Assembly (NCBI RefSeq): GCF_006345805.1
Contig: NC_043003.1
Span: 94,922,001-94,986,000, forward strand
DNA: 64,000 nucleotides
DNA from: Octopus sinensis
Taxonomy: Eukaryota
Direction: 5' to 3'
Shown here: positions 12,761 through 27,178 of the stretch, piece after piece
Layout of the letters: each line of letters opens with the position of its first letter
Numbering within the stretch: position 1 is the stretch's first letter
Translations under genes and position numbers: made by a program
The notes under the pieces: generated by a model
The model's input: only the letters and a program-made list of their open reading frames with translations
Told to the model about the DNA's origin: nothing
Database searches by the model: none

Positions 12761-14358
12761 TTCTTTCATTGAATGCTATGCAAGTTTATTCAGCTTACGT
12801 CATCAGAGTATGAAACTTATAGTCATGTGTATATTAAATGATACACAAATCACACACACACACACACACTCCTCTTTCTGCCTAATTAAAAGCTCTCTTT
12901 CCAGACTTGCAATTAGAGTAACAACAGGTTTTTAAATATTGTCTCTCTAAGTTATGATCTGAATGAGCTCAGGTGTTTCCAATTAGTATTGTTGATTAAC
13001 AAATCAAATATAATAACAAAATAAAGCAAATATTTGATTCAAGAAAGAATAGGTCAAAAATCAACTGGAAGTGCTAGAAAATCATTAATATCTGTTTAAT
13101 CTCAGACAAGCTGTCAACATCTGTTAGATAGTATCGCAAGAATAAGCTTACTAATCAAGTTAAAATGCATATATTACATCAGACATGTGTGAAAAGGTTT
13201 TAAGCGTCCAAGTGGCGAAACTTGTAGCTGTCTTGACCAGCATTCGTAACTCTCTGTTCATTAGTACTTAGCCACTTAACTGGAGTCAATAACTTCTAAA
13301 GTCAAACGTTTCAGAAGTTGTAGTACCTTCGTAATGATGGGACTTCCTGTCTGTCACAACCAATATTAATAGTGGCATGACAAAGCAAGTGTTTCATTCA
13401 TACTCATTGGCTACCTCCTGTAACTTCTAAGAATTGAACACGTCCATATTTTCTCTTATGTGTTATGCTCATATTTCTGTCTTCACTTTTCTCTTTAAAC
13501 ACAACGCTTTTTACTTAGACCTGCTAATTGGCAAAAAACTTCTTCCTCCCTGTATATATATATCATTCTCATTATCTCTCTCACTTTTTCGCACATAACC
13601 TTGCTGGAACTTATTCTATTTTCTGTCTTGTTTTGAATAACTGTATGGCATTAATGGTTGAACCACCTAAAGAACGGTAAGAGCTTTGAATATTTTCAAA
13701 ATTATATTTTGCTAACACCAAATTTTAAATTTCATAACTATGTTTACTGTTCTACAACTGATATATTGTTGTTGTTGTTATAGTAATTAACATGCTCGAC
13801 AAAACATCCTGCATTTTGAGTTCAAATCTTACCAGAGTTCACTTCAATTTTCTTTTTCTTTCTGCCTTCCTGGGGTGATAGAATAAGTGCAAGGAAAATC
13901 CTGTAGAAAATTCAGTTAACTCACTCTTGTTTTTGTCATTTTCTGAGACCTTTCCTTCAGTATGTCTATGCCTTCTCTTTTCTTAATAAAGTATGGTACC
14001 AGTCATTTACTAAGCCAATGTCACCAACTTGCACCTTCCCCTAAAATTGTGCCAAAATTTGAAACCATTATTTTATTCCTGTGCCTTTGTATAGACCTGT
14101 ATCATCCCCAAAATGTTTTGTCAACCGTTTGCAAGCTGGCATAATTGTTAGCACATGGACAAAGTTCCTTAGGGTTTTATATTCTGAGTTCAAATTCCAT
14201 TGAGATTGACTTTATCTTTTATCATTTTGGATTCAATTGAATAAGTACCCGTTGAGCATTGTGGTTGCTGTAATCAATTGGCTCCCTCTCCCAAAATTTT
14301 AGGCTTTGTGCCTGTAATTCAAAGAATTATTATTTTTATTATCATTATTAATATAAAA

Positions 14359-14580
14359 GGTGGCGAGCTGGCAGAATTGTTACCTTGTCAGGGTAAAATA
14401 CTTAGCAGCATTTCTCCTTACTTTGCGTTTCAGAGTTCAAAATGTCACTGTGGTCGACTTTGCCTTTCATCCTTTTGGAGTTGATAAAATAAGTATCAGT
14501 TAAGTACTAGGGTCGATGTAATTGATTAGTACCCTTCCCCCAAATTACTGGCCTTGTGCCAAAACTTGAATTCATTATTA
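14359..14580 (+). mobile_element. tRNA-derived SINE family B
   Basis: ggtggcgagctggcagaa head, gagttcaaa B-box, gtcgactttgcctttcatcc body. Confidence 0.8.
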
Positions 14581-15011
14581 TCATTATTAATGTTGTTGCT
14601 ATATTGTAAGTTGTTTTGTGTTTTTTTTTTCCTTTAAGCTATAGCATAATTAAAGACTAACAGCTGCAATAAACATAACTTTCAATGAAATCTTTCTTAT
14701 TAAGTTGAAAAGGTGTAATGATAAGTAATTTTATACTATACTGAACAAAACTAATGATGAGATTTTGTACAAGACTTTGATTCTAATAATAAATTAGAAC
14801 TACGAAGAAAACAGTATTGTTGTTGACGTTGTCATGGTTATTTGTTTTGTTGTTTTTATTTTAACAACCTCGATGGAAGCACAAAATGTGTATACATTTA
14901 ACAGATCTTAGTGAAACGCAATACTGTTTTCTATGAATTATTACAGGTGTTCTTTTTGTTTTATAATATATATATGTGTGTGTGTGTATAGTGTATGTCT
15001 GTATGTATGTA

Positions 15012-15061
<50 letters not shown>

Positions 15062-15293
15062 AAACAAACTTACAAGTGCCAAGTGTGTTGGTATTCTACA
15101 GAAAATAAAGGAATTCTCAAATGCAGAAGGCTGTGAAGACAGCTTAGAAAATAAAGTAAATACCCTTTTTCTGCCTTCTAAAAGGTCTGTACCCGATTTT
15201 CTAGGCTTCTTCACAATCATTCTGCATTCAAGAATTCCTTTATTTCCTGTAGAATCTATATATAAATATATTTATTTATTTACTTATTTATTA

Positions 15294-15690
15294 CTAGCAG
15301 TATCGCCCGGAGTTGCTCGGGTTTGTAAGGGAAATAACTATATAAGCATTTTTAGAGATGTAAAGTATAATAGCCATCTCAATATGGCTAACCACAAGGG
15401 GGGGGTGTTACTGTAGCTTTTTACGTTCTGAGATTTAATAATACATTTTTAGAGAGTTACTTCCCTTATATAATAGCAAAAAAAATGCATTAAAAATGGG
15501 AAAAAATGATGGTAAATTTTTTTTTAAATCGTAGACTCATCGTAGACGTGCGCTAATACCCAGAAGGGCTCGATATGAATCACGACTATAAGATACCCGT
15601 TTTTGGTTACACTGCACTGCAAAATGTGGGAGTAGTTAGGAATCTAAATCGTAGGAGACAGACACACAACTTCACTTTTATATATAAAGA
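15294..15690 (-). mobile_element. Non-autonomous Helitron
   Basis: On the - strand it starts TC(tttatatataaaag), ends with hairpin cccgagcaactccggg then CTAG, and sits between A and T with no TSD. Confidence 0.8.
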
Positions 15691-15852
15691 TGTATGTGTG
15701 TTTAAATCTTTCATTATATACAGTACTACATCTTATTGATAGTTCAATATAAATGACATCATGGTACTCACTATCTTGAAAAACATCATGTATATATACC
15801 ATAAGTGATGTAACATATATGTGCAATTACTAAAATTCAACCATTAGTTTTG

Positions 15853-15893
<41 letters not shown>

Positions 15894-18339
15894 ACATGCG
15901 CGCGCGTGTGTGTGTAGCATGGGTTAGATGGTTTGATCGAAACTGGTAAGTTGGAGAGCTGCACCATGTTCTAATCTGATTTGGCATGGTTTCTATGGCT
16001 GGATGCCCTTCTTAACACCAACCACTCCAAGAGTGTAGTGGGTGCTTTCTGCGTCACACAAGAACCGGCCACAAAGTTGTGTGTCTCAGGGGCTGAAAAA
16101 TTTCATGCCTTGTGCTCATCTCTTTGATGTAAACTTTGAAGCTGAATGAAAAAATATATCACTTTTATTATATATTTTATGATTTCGCTTTGCCATAGTA
16201 GAACCTATAGCCAGTTGTTAGAACTCAGTATAAACTTATGTATTGAGTTCTATTCTTTGTTTGTTCCAACAAACCTATCTACCTACCACTTTGTATGTCT
16301 GTTCAATCTTGTCTGGTCTAGAAAGTATAGCATAGCCTAACCCTGCCTAGTTTGACTAAGGCTGACCTAGCTTGTAGAGAAGGATACAGGTAGCTGTTTG
16401 AATCAGTTCAAATACATGCTTGGAACTTCTGACATGATACAAATAAAAGGCAAACCTAACTTGAACAGGATTTGAAATCAAAATGTAGAGAAAAATGAGT
16501 ACCATACAGCATTTAGTCTGACACTTTAATCCATTTCTGCCACTCCATCACCACTTTCTAGTATTTAGTATCATCTCATCTCTATTTGTTGTTCCAAGTT
16601 CAAACTTTACTAGTTTGCTGTTCCTTCAATCACACTAAAATAATTACCAGTAACATGCAAGGGTCATTTCAAATAACTCTAGTACTCTTTAGTACTGAAA
16701 TTGGCCCTTTGGTTGTCACTTGTTATTCAAATGATTATCTTACAGGGTCTCTATAGTTATTTTCTTAAAAGGGATTTGGTGAAATCTGTTTTAGATAAGG
16801 GAAACAATTATCAGTGGCCAGGTTTGAAGTTTTGTGTAAAAACTTTGATATTCTATAAACTGGTGTACCAGTTGAGCACTAGGGGTCGATGTAATTGACT
16901 TAACTACTCTTGGGCTAGAATATAAAAACTGCTCTCCACCACCAAGCCATTTTGAGCCAGTGTGGCAGAGTAGGCTCATCAAACCAGTATGATCTCAAGC
17001 TCTGATTCATGGCTTTCACATTGGACTGTGGTTGATGGAGAGAACATGCTGACGCCTTCATCCTACAGTAGACTGAACATAGAAAATCCAGTCCAATAGT
17101 CTAGTGTAGTGGTTAAGACGACTGTATGGTTTACAGCAGACACAGCATCTAATTTCTGCAGGCAATTTTAGAACTTTGAAACATGGGCTTGGTTGTGTGG
17201 CTTAGAAGTTCACTTATCAATCATATGACTTTGGTTTTAATCCCATTACTTAGTTATTTGTTCAAACGTCTTCTACTATAGACCTTGGCCTACAAATATC
17301 TTGTGAAGGAAAGTGATACATGAAAAATGCAAGAGCCCATTTTGTGAGTATGTGTGTGTGTGTCTGTGTGTGTGTGCTTGTGAATGTTAATGACCTGTGC
17401 TGCACTACAGCTGCTAATGTTGATATTTATTGTAATGTTCATTTATTCACATGGTTTTGAATTAATCTTACATCATCTCATTGCTTTCAATGATGTGATT
17501 CTTTATTCTTAAAATGACATTGTAGGGTAGGTGTGAGAGGTTGGATCTGGTGGTTTAGGTAGAATATTTGGGTTGGGTATGGTTAGTTTAAACGCTAAAG
17601 GGTTAAATCATTCTGTGTCTAGCGCTTTCCTATCAAAGGAAAACATGTGAAACAAGCAAATGCTTTAATAAATATAAAACACCAAAAAACTAACAATGCA
17701 TGTTTTTTTTTGTTTTTTGTTTTTGTAATTGTCCAATATGTGTACCATAAGACTTAGAGCTGCTTATAGTCACATTCAATCTCTTATCAAGCAAGTTCAA
17801 CGAAAGGCTAACTTTCAGTTTCATTAACTGATGACTATAAATGAATTTGTCTTCATTCATTCAACAGTTCATTCATTTACTAAATGTAGCAATTAGTTTT
17901 TTTAAAACAAAATCAGGGAAGCAAGGGAATACATTTGCTTACATCTCCATCCCCCACAGTGTTTGATTGCCATATACTTTAATCAAACCTAAAATGATGA
18001 AGGGCATTCTGAAAATATATAGAAGGGTGTAACGAAATATTCTAAAAATGTTCACTGGTTTTTCTATTATATTTAATATTAGCATAACAGATGACATACA
18101 TGATGTGCACCCTATATGGTGAGCTCTAACAATTAGATTTTGATATGGCATGTTCGTACACATGGTTATTGTATTAATAGCGGATAAACACTAAACAAAA
18201 AGGAAGGTTTAAAAAAGGTTGAACATTTCACAAATATTATTTTACTCTGTTTTCTTCTTTGGAATTCATTGCAAATAGTATTTTTGTAATCATTGTTGTA
18301 TGTATGTATATCTATACAATTAATGCTGCTATTATTATT

Positions 18340-19190
18340 GACCTGACAGATTCGTTAGCATGTTAGGCAAAATGCTTAGCAGTATTTCATCTGTCTTTAT
18401 GTTCTGAGTTCAAATTCCACTGAGGTTGACTTCGCCTTTCGTCCATTTGGGGCCGATAAAATAAATACCAGCTGAGCACTGAGGTTGATACAATTGTGTC
18501 AAAATTTGAAACCGTTATATCGTGGCAAGCTGACAGAATTGTTAGGATGCCAGGCAAAATGCTTATCATTATTTCAGCCATCTTCACATTCTGAGTTCAA
18601 ATTCCACTGAGGTTAACTTTGCCTCTCATCCTTTCAGGGTCAATGAAACACTCGGGGTTGATGTAATCGACTAGTCCCCTCTCACAGATTTCAGGCCTTG
18701 TGCCTTTAGTAGAAAGGATAATTATTATTATTATTATTAAGGCAGTGAGCTAACAGATTCGTTAGTATGCCAGGCAAAATGCTAAGCAGCATTTTGTCTG
18801 TCTTTATATTCTGAGATTCATTTCCATTGAGGTCAAGTTTGTTACGATCCTTTCAGCATCCATAAAACAAGTTCCAGTTCAGCACAGGTGTTGATGTTAT
18901 TGAACTTGCCCACCTCCTTCGAAATTGCTGGCCTTGTGCCAAAATTGGAAACTAATATTACCATTATTGTTATTATTACCAAGGCAGTGAGCTAGCATAG
19001 TTGCTAATACATCAGGTGAAATGCCTAGTGGTATTTATTTCAACTTTACATTCTAAGTTCAAATTCTGCCAAAGTCAACTTTGCCTTTCATCATTTCAGG
19101 TTTGATAAATTACATACTAGTTGAGCTCTGGGGTCAATAGCCCCTCCCCCCAAATTTCAGACCGTGTGCTTCTAGTAGCAAGGATTATTA
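18340..19190 (+). mobile_element. Head-to-tail cluster of four family B SINE copies
   Basis: Heads near 18340, 18523, 18739 and 18981, each with gttagc..gccaggcaaaatgc and gagttcaaattc-like motifs, separated by (ATT)n-like tails. Confidence 0.8.
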
Positions 19191-19962
19191 TTTTTATTAA
19201 AGTTAAGTGAACTTGACATTTCTCCTATTTTGCTACAAGATCTTAATATTCAAATATTTGGTCATGATATACAAACTGCAAACAGAGTTTATTTATAATT
19301 ATGCCATAGTTTTTTATAACAAATTATTTTAACCCTTTCATTGCTTTTTTTCTGTCAACACATGCTGCCTTTGTTTCAGTTAATCTTTAAACTAGTGAAG
19401 CACTAACATAAAATTTTGATGGAAGATTTTAATTTAGACCACTTTAAAATAGTAAATTTATATCATAGACCCTGGGTTAATGTAGTTCAAAAGTATGTGT
19501 TAGCATGAATTAAAAAGTTTTTTTTGCAAATAAATTATTTAATAGCCAATATACTTTAATCTCTTCTTGATAGTAGTTATAAAACAATCGTCTATGGGTA
19601 GGTTTTGCTAGTAGAACTGCTTTTAGGTTTTCAAAATGTTGGTATTGTTGAATCTAAAGAACTGTAACCTATTAATATATTTCCTGTCTTTGTAGTGCTG
19701 TTTAAAAGGATATGCATTCTCTACAGAAGAGCATTTACTCATTACTAATAATTATAATTTTATTTCGTTTTGCTGTAATTGTTTTGCCCTATCTTCTATA
19801 TGATTAGTCAAACTCAAGATGGCTGTTTAACGTCAGAGTAGGTTATTTTTCATTAGCACTGGTTAGCAAAGCTCATACAAACTTGACATAGAAATAGCCC
19901 CAACCTACAATATCTTGAAAATGCAAGGTATTCAGCATATCAGTTTGATTTAAATGTTATCA

Positions 19963-20173
19963 TTTACTCTTTTACTTGTTTCAGTCATTTGACTGCGGCC
20001 ATGCTGGAGCACCGCCTTTAGTCGAGCAAATCGACCCCGGGATTTATTCTTTGTAAGCCCAGTACTTATTCTATCGGTCTCTTTTGCCAAACCGCTAGGT
20101 GACGGGGACATAAACACACCAGCATCGGTTGTCAAGCAATGCTAGAGGAACAAATACAGACACACAAACATAC

Positions 20174-20216
<43 letters not shown>

Positions 20217-20249
20217 TTATATATATGTATATATATATATATGTATATA

Positions 20250-20312
<63 letters not shown>

Positions 20313-20313
20313 G

Positions 20314-20344
<31 letters not shown>

Positions 20345-20359
20345 GTATATATATATATG

Positions 20360-20410
<51 letters not shown>

Positions 20411-20581
20411 ATATATATATATACGACAGGCTTCTTTCAGTTTCCATCTACCAAATCCACTCACAAGGCTTTGGTCGGCCCGGGGCTATAGCAGAAGACA
20501 CTTGTCCAAGATGCCACGCAGTGGGACTGAACCCGGAACCATGTGGTTGGTTAGCAAGCTACTTACCACACAGCCACTCCT
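19963..20581 (-). mobile_element. SINE family A with ~250-bp internal (TA)n/(TATG)n expansion
   Basis: Both SINE halves are intact around the microsatellite at ~20170-20422. Confidence 0.92.
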
Positions 20582-21307
20582 CAACATTTTTGATATGATT
20601 TTTTATCCTGTCCTAAATTGTAACCCATTCAGTTTTAAAATGTTGGACTTTATGGCTTGTCTTTTGAAAATGCTAGGGAATTGTTTTAGGTAAGATTTTG
20701 ACTGCTACATTAAGCAAGTCAAATAACTTCATAAATATTCCCTTGCTGGCTTACTAGCTGTCTGTGAATTAGTTACATGTGGCAATTTTATACATACTAA
20801 CGTTTAATATTACTGTTATTCTTTTGATTGCCATATTAAATGATTGTGATTTTTGCTCGATGGAAAGGAGATAATTGGAGGGGTGGGGTTCTGTACTGGA
20901 AAATACTATCTCCTTCATAGCATGTTAGAATTGATGAAATGTTTGTATAGTCACAATGATGAGGATGCTGTTCCTGGCAATTTTAGTTTGGATGACGATG
21001 TTACTACTGATAAGGGTGATGATCAAAAGCCAGAACATAAATCAATGTTTTTTCAACCAGGGTGCTTGCAGTACATGATGATGCTACCAAAAACAGTGTC
21101 TAAGGGTGCTGGAAGATAATCATCGGAATTTCACTTCCATAAGCTTTGGTACATGGGTAAAAAGAAAACACACTTTTGAATAGGTGTGTCACAGATGAAG
21201 ATATGATTTGATGGAGTGTCAGTGTATCATTGCAGAAACTAATTACATAAAAATGAACGTGATAAATGCAGACTTTATGTATAAGAAATTATACTAATTT
21301 TTACCTT

Positions 21308-21662
21308 ATACTTGTTTCAGTTATTGAACTGCAGCTCAGATGGGGGGGGGGGCACTATTTTGAAGGCTTTCGTTGAACAAACTGACTCTTGTACATTTTT
21401 TAATCTACCAGTCTCTTTTGAAGAGCCACAAAGTTACAGGAACATAAACAAACCAACACCAGTCTTCAGGCAGTGAGGAGAACAAACACACAGGCACACA
21501 CACACTGGGTTTCTTCACAGTTCCCATTTACCAAATTCAGTCACAAGTACATTTGGCTGAGTTGGGACTGTAGTAAAAGACTCTTGTCCAGGCTGCTGTG
21601 CAGTGGGATTGAGACTGAAACCACAAGATCACAAAGTGACCTTCTTAACCACACAGCCATGT
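21308..21662 (-). mobile_element. SINE family A, old diverged copy
   Basis: tacttgtttcagttattg ... cttcttaaccacacagccatg. Confidence 0.7.
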
Positions 21663-21770
21663 CTCACTTGTTTTATAAAATTATCTGTAAAGACTGTGTT
21701 AATTTACTTAATTTATGATAGGAATCAGACTGTTATCAATCTCAATGTCATTTAGTTCTTTCCTGTTATT

Positions 21771-21999
21771 TAATCCTTTTGTTATCATAGTTCTGCTGGA
21801 AATTGCCACCTTTGTTTCAATTAATTCTGAAAATAACAATAATTTTGTAAAATAACTGTCATTATAAAGCTGGTATATGGAACATAAATTGTTATGAAAT
21901 TTTGATAAGAGGGCTTTATTTAGATTATTTTAAAACAGGAAGTTTGTATCATAGAACTGGGAGCAGTCTGAGTTAGATTGGTAACAAAAAAATGGCTAA
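21771..21999 (+). mobile_element. piggyBac-like MITE (family P2); related copies ~19329-19480, ~29850-30065, ~44592-45157, ~53879-53970
   Basis: ttaa(t/c)cctttt gttatca ... ggtaacaaaa..ggctaa inverted ends with TTAA-like flanks; shared internal aaaacaggaagtttgtatcataga. Confidence 0.6.
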
Positions 22000-22199
22000 G
22001 GGCAGTTCTCGAGCATTATACTCTGGAACATATTCTTAGATTCTCGGCAGAGACATATCTGTGTGGTAAGAAGTTCACTTCCCCACCACAAGGTTCCAAG
22101 TTCAGTCTCAGTGTCAAACACTTTGGACAAGTGACATCTACTGTAACCTTGGGCCAACCAAAGCCTTGTGAGTGGATTTTGTGATGGAAATTGAAAGAA

Positions 22200-22254
<55 letters not shown>

Positions 22255-22280
22255 TATATGTATGTATATACACACACACA

Positions 22281-23120
22281 CTAGCTGAAATACCCAGGAA
22301 AGCAGAGGTTATCCCTTGGTTCCATTCTCATAATTGTTTTGCTAATCCAATAGCAATACAAAGTATGTGGCCCTTGAAATGGTTTTTGTGCATTTACAGA
22401 GAATACCAAACTGTCATACACAGGGTCTTGTTTTTAGGAATCCCCAATAAGTTATAAAAACCTAAATTGTGAAGTCAGTTATGTAATAACATGAAATTAG
22501 TTACCCGATAGTAAGAATTCAAATAAAGCAGCCCCGAAAAGGGCTTTAATGTGTTCCCAGAGTATATAGAACTTAGGATGAAATGCTAATGATGTATGTA
22601 TACTAAAATCGTGAATCATGTTGCATAATAACAGGCTAATCAGGTATGAGATAGTAATTCAAAGTAAATAACTCTCAAAAGGGCTTTTGTGCATTCCTAG
22701 AGAATATTTCCCTCAGAGGTGTTGGAATATTCGTGAATAAGTCACTAATCGAAATAAGTGGATCTATTGTTTAGGAAAATACTATTTACTTGTTTAAGGG
22801 TTGTACTGGATAAATTGCGCAAATAACTCTAACAGTTCAAATACTAAGAAATAAGCATACTCAATTTGATTTAGGAAAATGAATGGGTTATTTCCCATGG
22901 CTGTTGAAATGAAATATATTAGATATATATATAAGGATCCCTTCCAGGGGCCCTAATGTCAATTTTTTCTACAATTTGAGTATGCCTATTAAATAATTTA
23001 TTTGCAAAAAAACTTTTTAATTCATGCTAACGCATCAAAATCAATAAAACGATGTAGGAGGAGTTAGCTAACAACTCCCAAAACACACCCACAGACAGAA
23101 TTCCCCACATATGTAGTAGA
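22281..23120 (-). mobile_element. Non-autonomous Helitron (~840 bp); an opposite-strand fragment lies at ~19495-19555
   Basis: - strand begins A|TCtactacatatg with tctgtctgtg, ends ...cctgggtatttcagCTAG|T; internal direct repeats. Confidence 0.65.
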
Positions 23121-24148
23121 TTATGTAGGTAGGGTACAATATCTGCTTATTCCTGTATATAAAGTCCATTATGTAGTTGTTGTCATTGTTGCATTGACGT
23201 AAGGTACATATTAGAGATGAAAATTCTCAAAATATTGCTTGCAGAGTTATTATATATCAAAACAGATTCTTGTTTTGTTATATGTATGTATACATCTATG
23301 TGTGTGTGTGTTGTTTGTTAGTCAAATCACCACTGTTTGATAACTGGTATTAGTTTATACAGTTCTATATTTAAGAGTATTAGTTTGTTTACATCTCCAT
23401 AACTTAGCAGTTTGACAAAAGAAATTGATAAAATAAGTACCAGACTTAGAAAATATAAAGGTACTGGGGTCAATTTGTTTGACCAAACCTTTCAAGGTGG
23501 TGCCCCAGCATGGCCACAGTCTAATGACTGAAACAGGTGAAAGATAAAAGAGAACACTAGTCTTAGTATTGTCATCCTGTTTTATATTTCAGAGCAATTT
23601 TTGAGCTAATGTAACATTTGTAATTCTTTTATTCTCAAACAGTTGTCATTCTACTGTCGTATATTCCTAGAATTTAAAGTATGTGTAAGCAGTTATTTCG
23701 TTTAGGGCAAAATTATTGTGTTTTTCTGCTAGAATACAAAATGAGTAACAGCTGATAACCATCTCAACTAAACAGATTTGTACACACGCACACACACACT
23801 CCCTCTCTGTTTCTCCCCCTCCATCCCTCCCTCTCTACATGTATAACACATACACTTACAGACGTGTACAGAGTGTCCCCTCAGAAATAATATTTGCATT
23901 CTGTAATGATTTTGGAATTGGACTTGGGAAAGGTAGGGGAAGGGAATGTAGAATTAATGAAATTAAATCAATAAGAAAATAACAAATAGATGCTTAGTGC
24001 TATGTTTGTAATATTTAATTGCATTTCACCCCCATCTCTCTCTCTAAGCACACACACATACACAGCTCTATGTACGCATGTGTGTGTTTGTCAAAAAGGA
24101 GGGAGCCCAAGAAGGTGTTTATGTCTGTGTACAATTACATAGGAACCT

Positions 24149-24395
24149 TAACCCTATAGCGTCTAGATTATTCTATCAAACGTAATGCCTATATATTAAC
24201 TTTATTTTGAATTATTTGTTTGTTATCTCATAGCTTCAAGATTATGATGATGTGATTGATTATTTTTAGAATGACATTGTAGGTTAAGCGTGAGAGACCA
24301 GATCTGGTTGCTTTGGACGTAGAATATTTTGACCTGACGTAGAAGCAGGTAGAATATTTTGACCTGATATGGCTAGTTTAAATGCTAACAGGTTA
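24149..24395 (-). mobile_element. piggyBac-like MITE (family P1)
   Basis: ttaaccctatagc ... tgctaacaggtta; same family as 59162-59382. Confidence 0.65.
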
Positions 24396-25347
24396 CACAG
24401 TTAGCAAAAGCATGGTTTGTATCACCAGACCACGCTTGCTTGTGAGTAAAGGCTAACTGTATAGATATGCATATATACATACACACTCACTCTCACACAC
24501 GCATATACATATGTTGGTCACCATAAGTCTTGTCAACTGAGTAGAATATGCTTCACTGAGGAGGTTGGCATTAGGAAGGGTATCCAGTCATAGAAAACAA
24601 ACCAAATCAGGCTAGAACCTGGTGCATCTCTCTAGCTTGCCTGCTCCTGTCAAACTGTCCAACCCATGCCAGCATGGAAATTGTATGTTAAAGAGTGATG
24701 ATGAGTAATCAAAACATGTCCATTGCTTTCACCAGTTGATTAAAGAACAGACTCACTTTCATCACTTCATTTTCTATCATTTTAAAATATTTTTAGTTAA
24801 ATTAATTTATTACAGCTATTTCCTTTACTAGTTGTTTATAGAATTTAGATCAGATTTTAGAGCAGGTTTTTTTTGTGTTACTTGCATGAATAATCTCAGT
24901 TAATCTAAGGTTTACTGATGTGTTACATATGTGAAGCCCTAACCTCTTCTGGGGTATTTTCCCACAACCGTATTTTTGCTATATGTTTATATACGTAGGT
25001 GTATGATATATACATATACGTATGTACATGTATGTGTGTGTGTGTGTGTTTCTTCATGTATATTCATGCTGTCACAGTAATGCAAACCATAAACTATAAA
25101 GGAAACAGCCACTTAGAGTGCTATTATTATTATTATTATCATCATCATCATCATCATCATACATTTCTGTTGTTTTACATTAGCTAAGCTAAATGATGAA
25201 GCACTCTGCAGACATCAACACTTGGTTTGCTAATTTCTCACACTTTACTTAGAAACAAGGTCACCACATCTTAAATTCACCAATATGACTAAATTAGGAC
25301 ATGTCACTCACTACTTTGTCTCTTATTATACTCTATTGTTAATATTG

Positions 25348-25378
<31 letters not shown>

Positions 25379-25779
25379 ATTAGTTTTAGATTATAATGTC
25401 TTTTTTTCCCCCCTTTCTCTTTTAATCTGTTTCAAATAGAAATTATATTTTATATACCAAAACTGATCAGGATTACTTGAGAAGGTAGGGCAGTCACCAA
25501 ATGAAGACTCTGGTGGTGTCTTACCATGACTCACTTCATTGAAAGAATGTTTCTCTTGTTAAATTCTTCTGAGAATATGATCAGACAATAGCAACCACTG
25601 AATTGAGAGAGCTCATCCCACAGTTACATGACAGCATACCCATGCTGTTTACTGTCAAAGAACTCTACCTACTTATAGCCTGTGGGACAAGGTTATCAAA
25701 GGTTAAAGGGTTAATCAAAAGACATGGCATTCTACTAGTAACAGTGTAATCAATCATGTGATCTCTTGCCTGGTACCTT

Positions 25780-25981
25780 GCATGCCGGGCGAAATGCATA
25801 GCCCTGCCGTTACATTCTGCGTTCAAATTCCGCTGAGGTCGACTTTGCCTTTCATCCTTTTGGGGTCGCTAAATTAAGTATCAGTTATGCACTGGGGTCA
25901 ATGTAAATCAACTTAATCCGTTTGTCTGTCTTTGTTTGCACCCTCTGTGTTTAGCCCCTTGTGGGTAGTAAAGAAATAGGT
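25780..25981 (+). mobile_element. SINE family B, 5'-truncated
   Basis: gcatgccgggcgaaatgc...gttcaaattccgctgaggtcgac...gtgggtagtaaagaaatagg. Confidence 0.85.
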
Positions 25982-26599
25982 ACCTATTGGTTTCGTTATT
26001 AATCGTTTGATTTATAGTCTGGTAATTGGTTGTTAATTGTAGCTCTTAACTGTTTGAAAAGGTGATTATAATTAATTAATGCTTTGATGGGCACTCAACA
26101 ACTCATGGAATGTAGGGGCTACATTGTATCATATGGTGTCTTGGATACTTTTAGACTTTGGCGGAATACATCCCTCTTCAAGTCTGACCACAGTCAATTT
26201 ATTCCAGAAACAGAGACATAGTCAGAGAAGAGGATCAACACTAGTATAAGACTGGTATTCTACTTATTAATCCTGAAAGGATGATAAGCTATGTCTACCA
26301 TGGGATTTGAACCTAGAGCATAGTCAGAATGATTGCTGCAAAGCTATCTATCAGACTCTCAAACAACACTTCCAATTAGCTACCTTATGTTTTTTTTAAT
26401 TTATTATTTTGAATATAAATTACTGCAACATTAACACTGACATCTATTTCTACAAAAAGTGAAGCAATACAAACTTCACTCTCTCTCTCTCCGTTTCTAT
26501 AATTTCTCTTCTTTGAAAAGCTTTGGAACAATTTCTAGTTTGTTATTTCATTTTGATATGCCTATCAAAGGAGTTCCTTAGCACAATTATATATCATCG

Positions 26600-27125
26600 T
26601 CATACTGCCTGTGGATGCCAGTACCACTTGATTGGCTCCCATGCTGGTGACAAGTAAAAAGCACCATCTGAGCATGGTCGATACCAGTGCCGCCTGATTG
26701 GCCCCCATGCTGGTAGCATGTAAAAAACACTCACTACACTCTGAGTGGTTGGCATTAGGAAAGGCATCCAGCTGTAGAAACCTTGCCAGATCAGATTGGA
26801 GCCGGATGCAGCCTCCTGGCTTGCCAGTCCTCGGTCAAACCGTCCAACCCATGCCAGCATGGAAAGCGGATGTTAAACGATGACAATGATGATGATCATC
26901 ATCATTTCATGTCTGTGGGTCAGATGGTTTGACTACAGCTGGTAAGCCAGAGAGCTGCACCAGGTCTAGTTGACTGTTTTGGCATGGTTTCTATGGCTAG
27001 TTGCCCTTCCTAACACCAACCACTCTACAGAATGTATTGGGTGTCTTTCGCATGTCTCTGGCTCAGGTGCCATTTTGTGTGTCACTGGCACGGGTGCCTT
27101 TTACATGTCCCCAGCATGGGTGCCT
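26600..27125. mobile_element. Two family C copies joined tail-to-tail (+ 26600-26895, - 26896-27125)
   Basis: ggttggcattaggaaaggcatccagctgtagaaac...gatgatgat|catcatcat...gcccttcctaacaccaaccac. Confidence 0.8.
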
Positions 27126-27178
27126 TTAGTCTTCTTAATCATTTTCACTGTCTTTTTTTCTTTTTTAATCTTCACTGA

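Noticed and set aside
20129-20693. Long ORFs rich in YI/IY repeats (also ~14861-15416, ~21996-22457, ~61118-61501)
   Set aside because: Translations of (TA)n/(TG)n microsatellites and SINE bodies, not genes.
20853-21119. 88-aa ORF in a less AT-rich patch
   Set aside because: No recognisable family or splice signals; possibly an old TE relic but unsupported.
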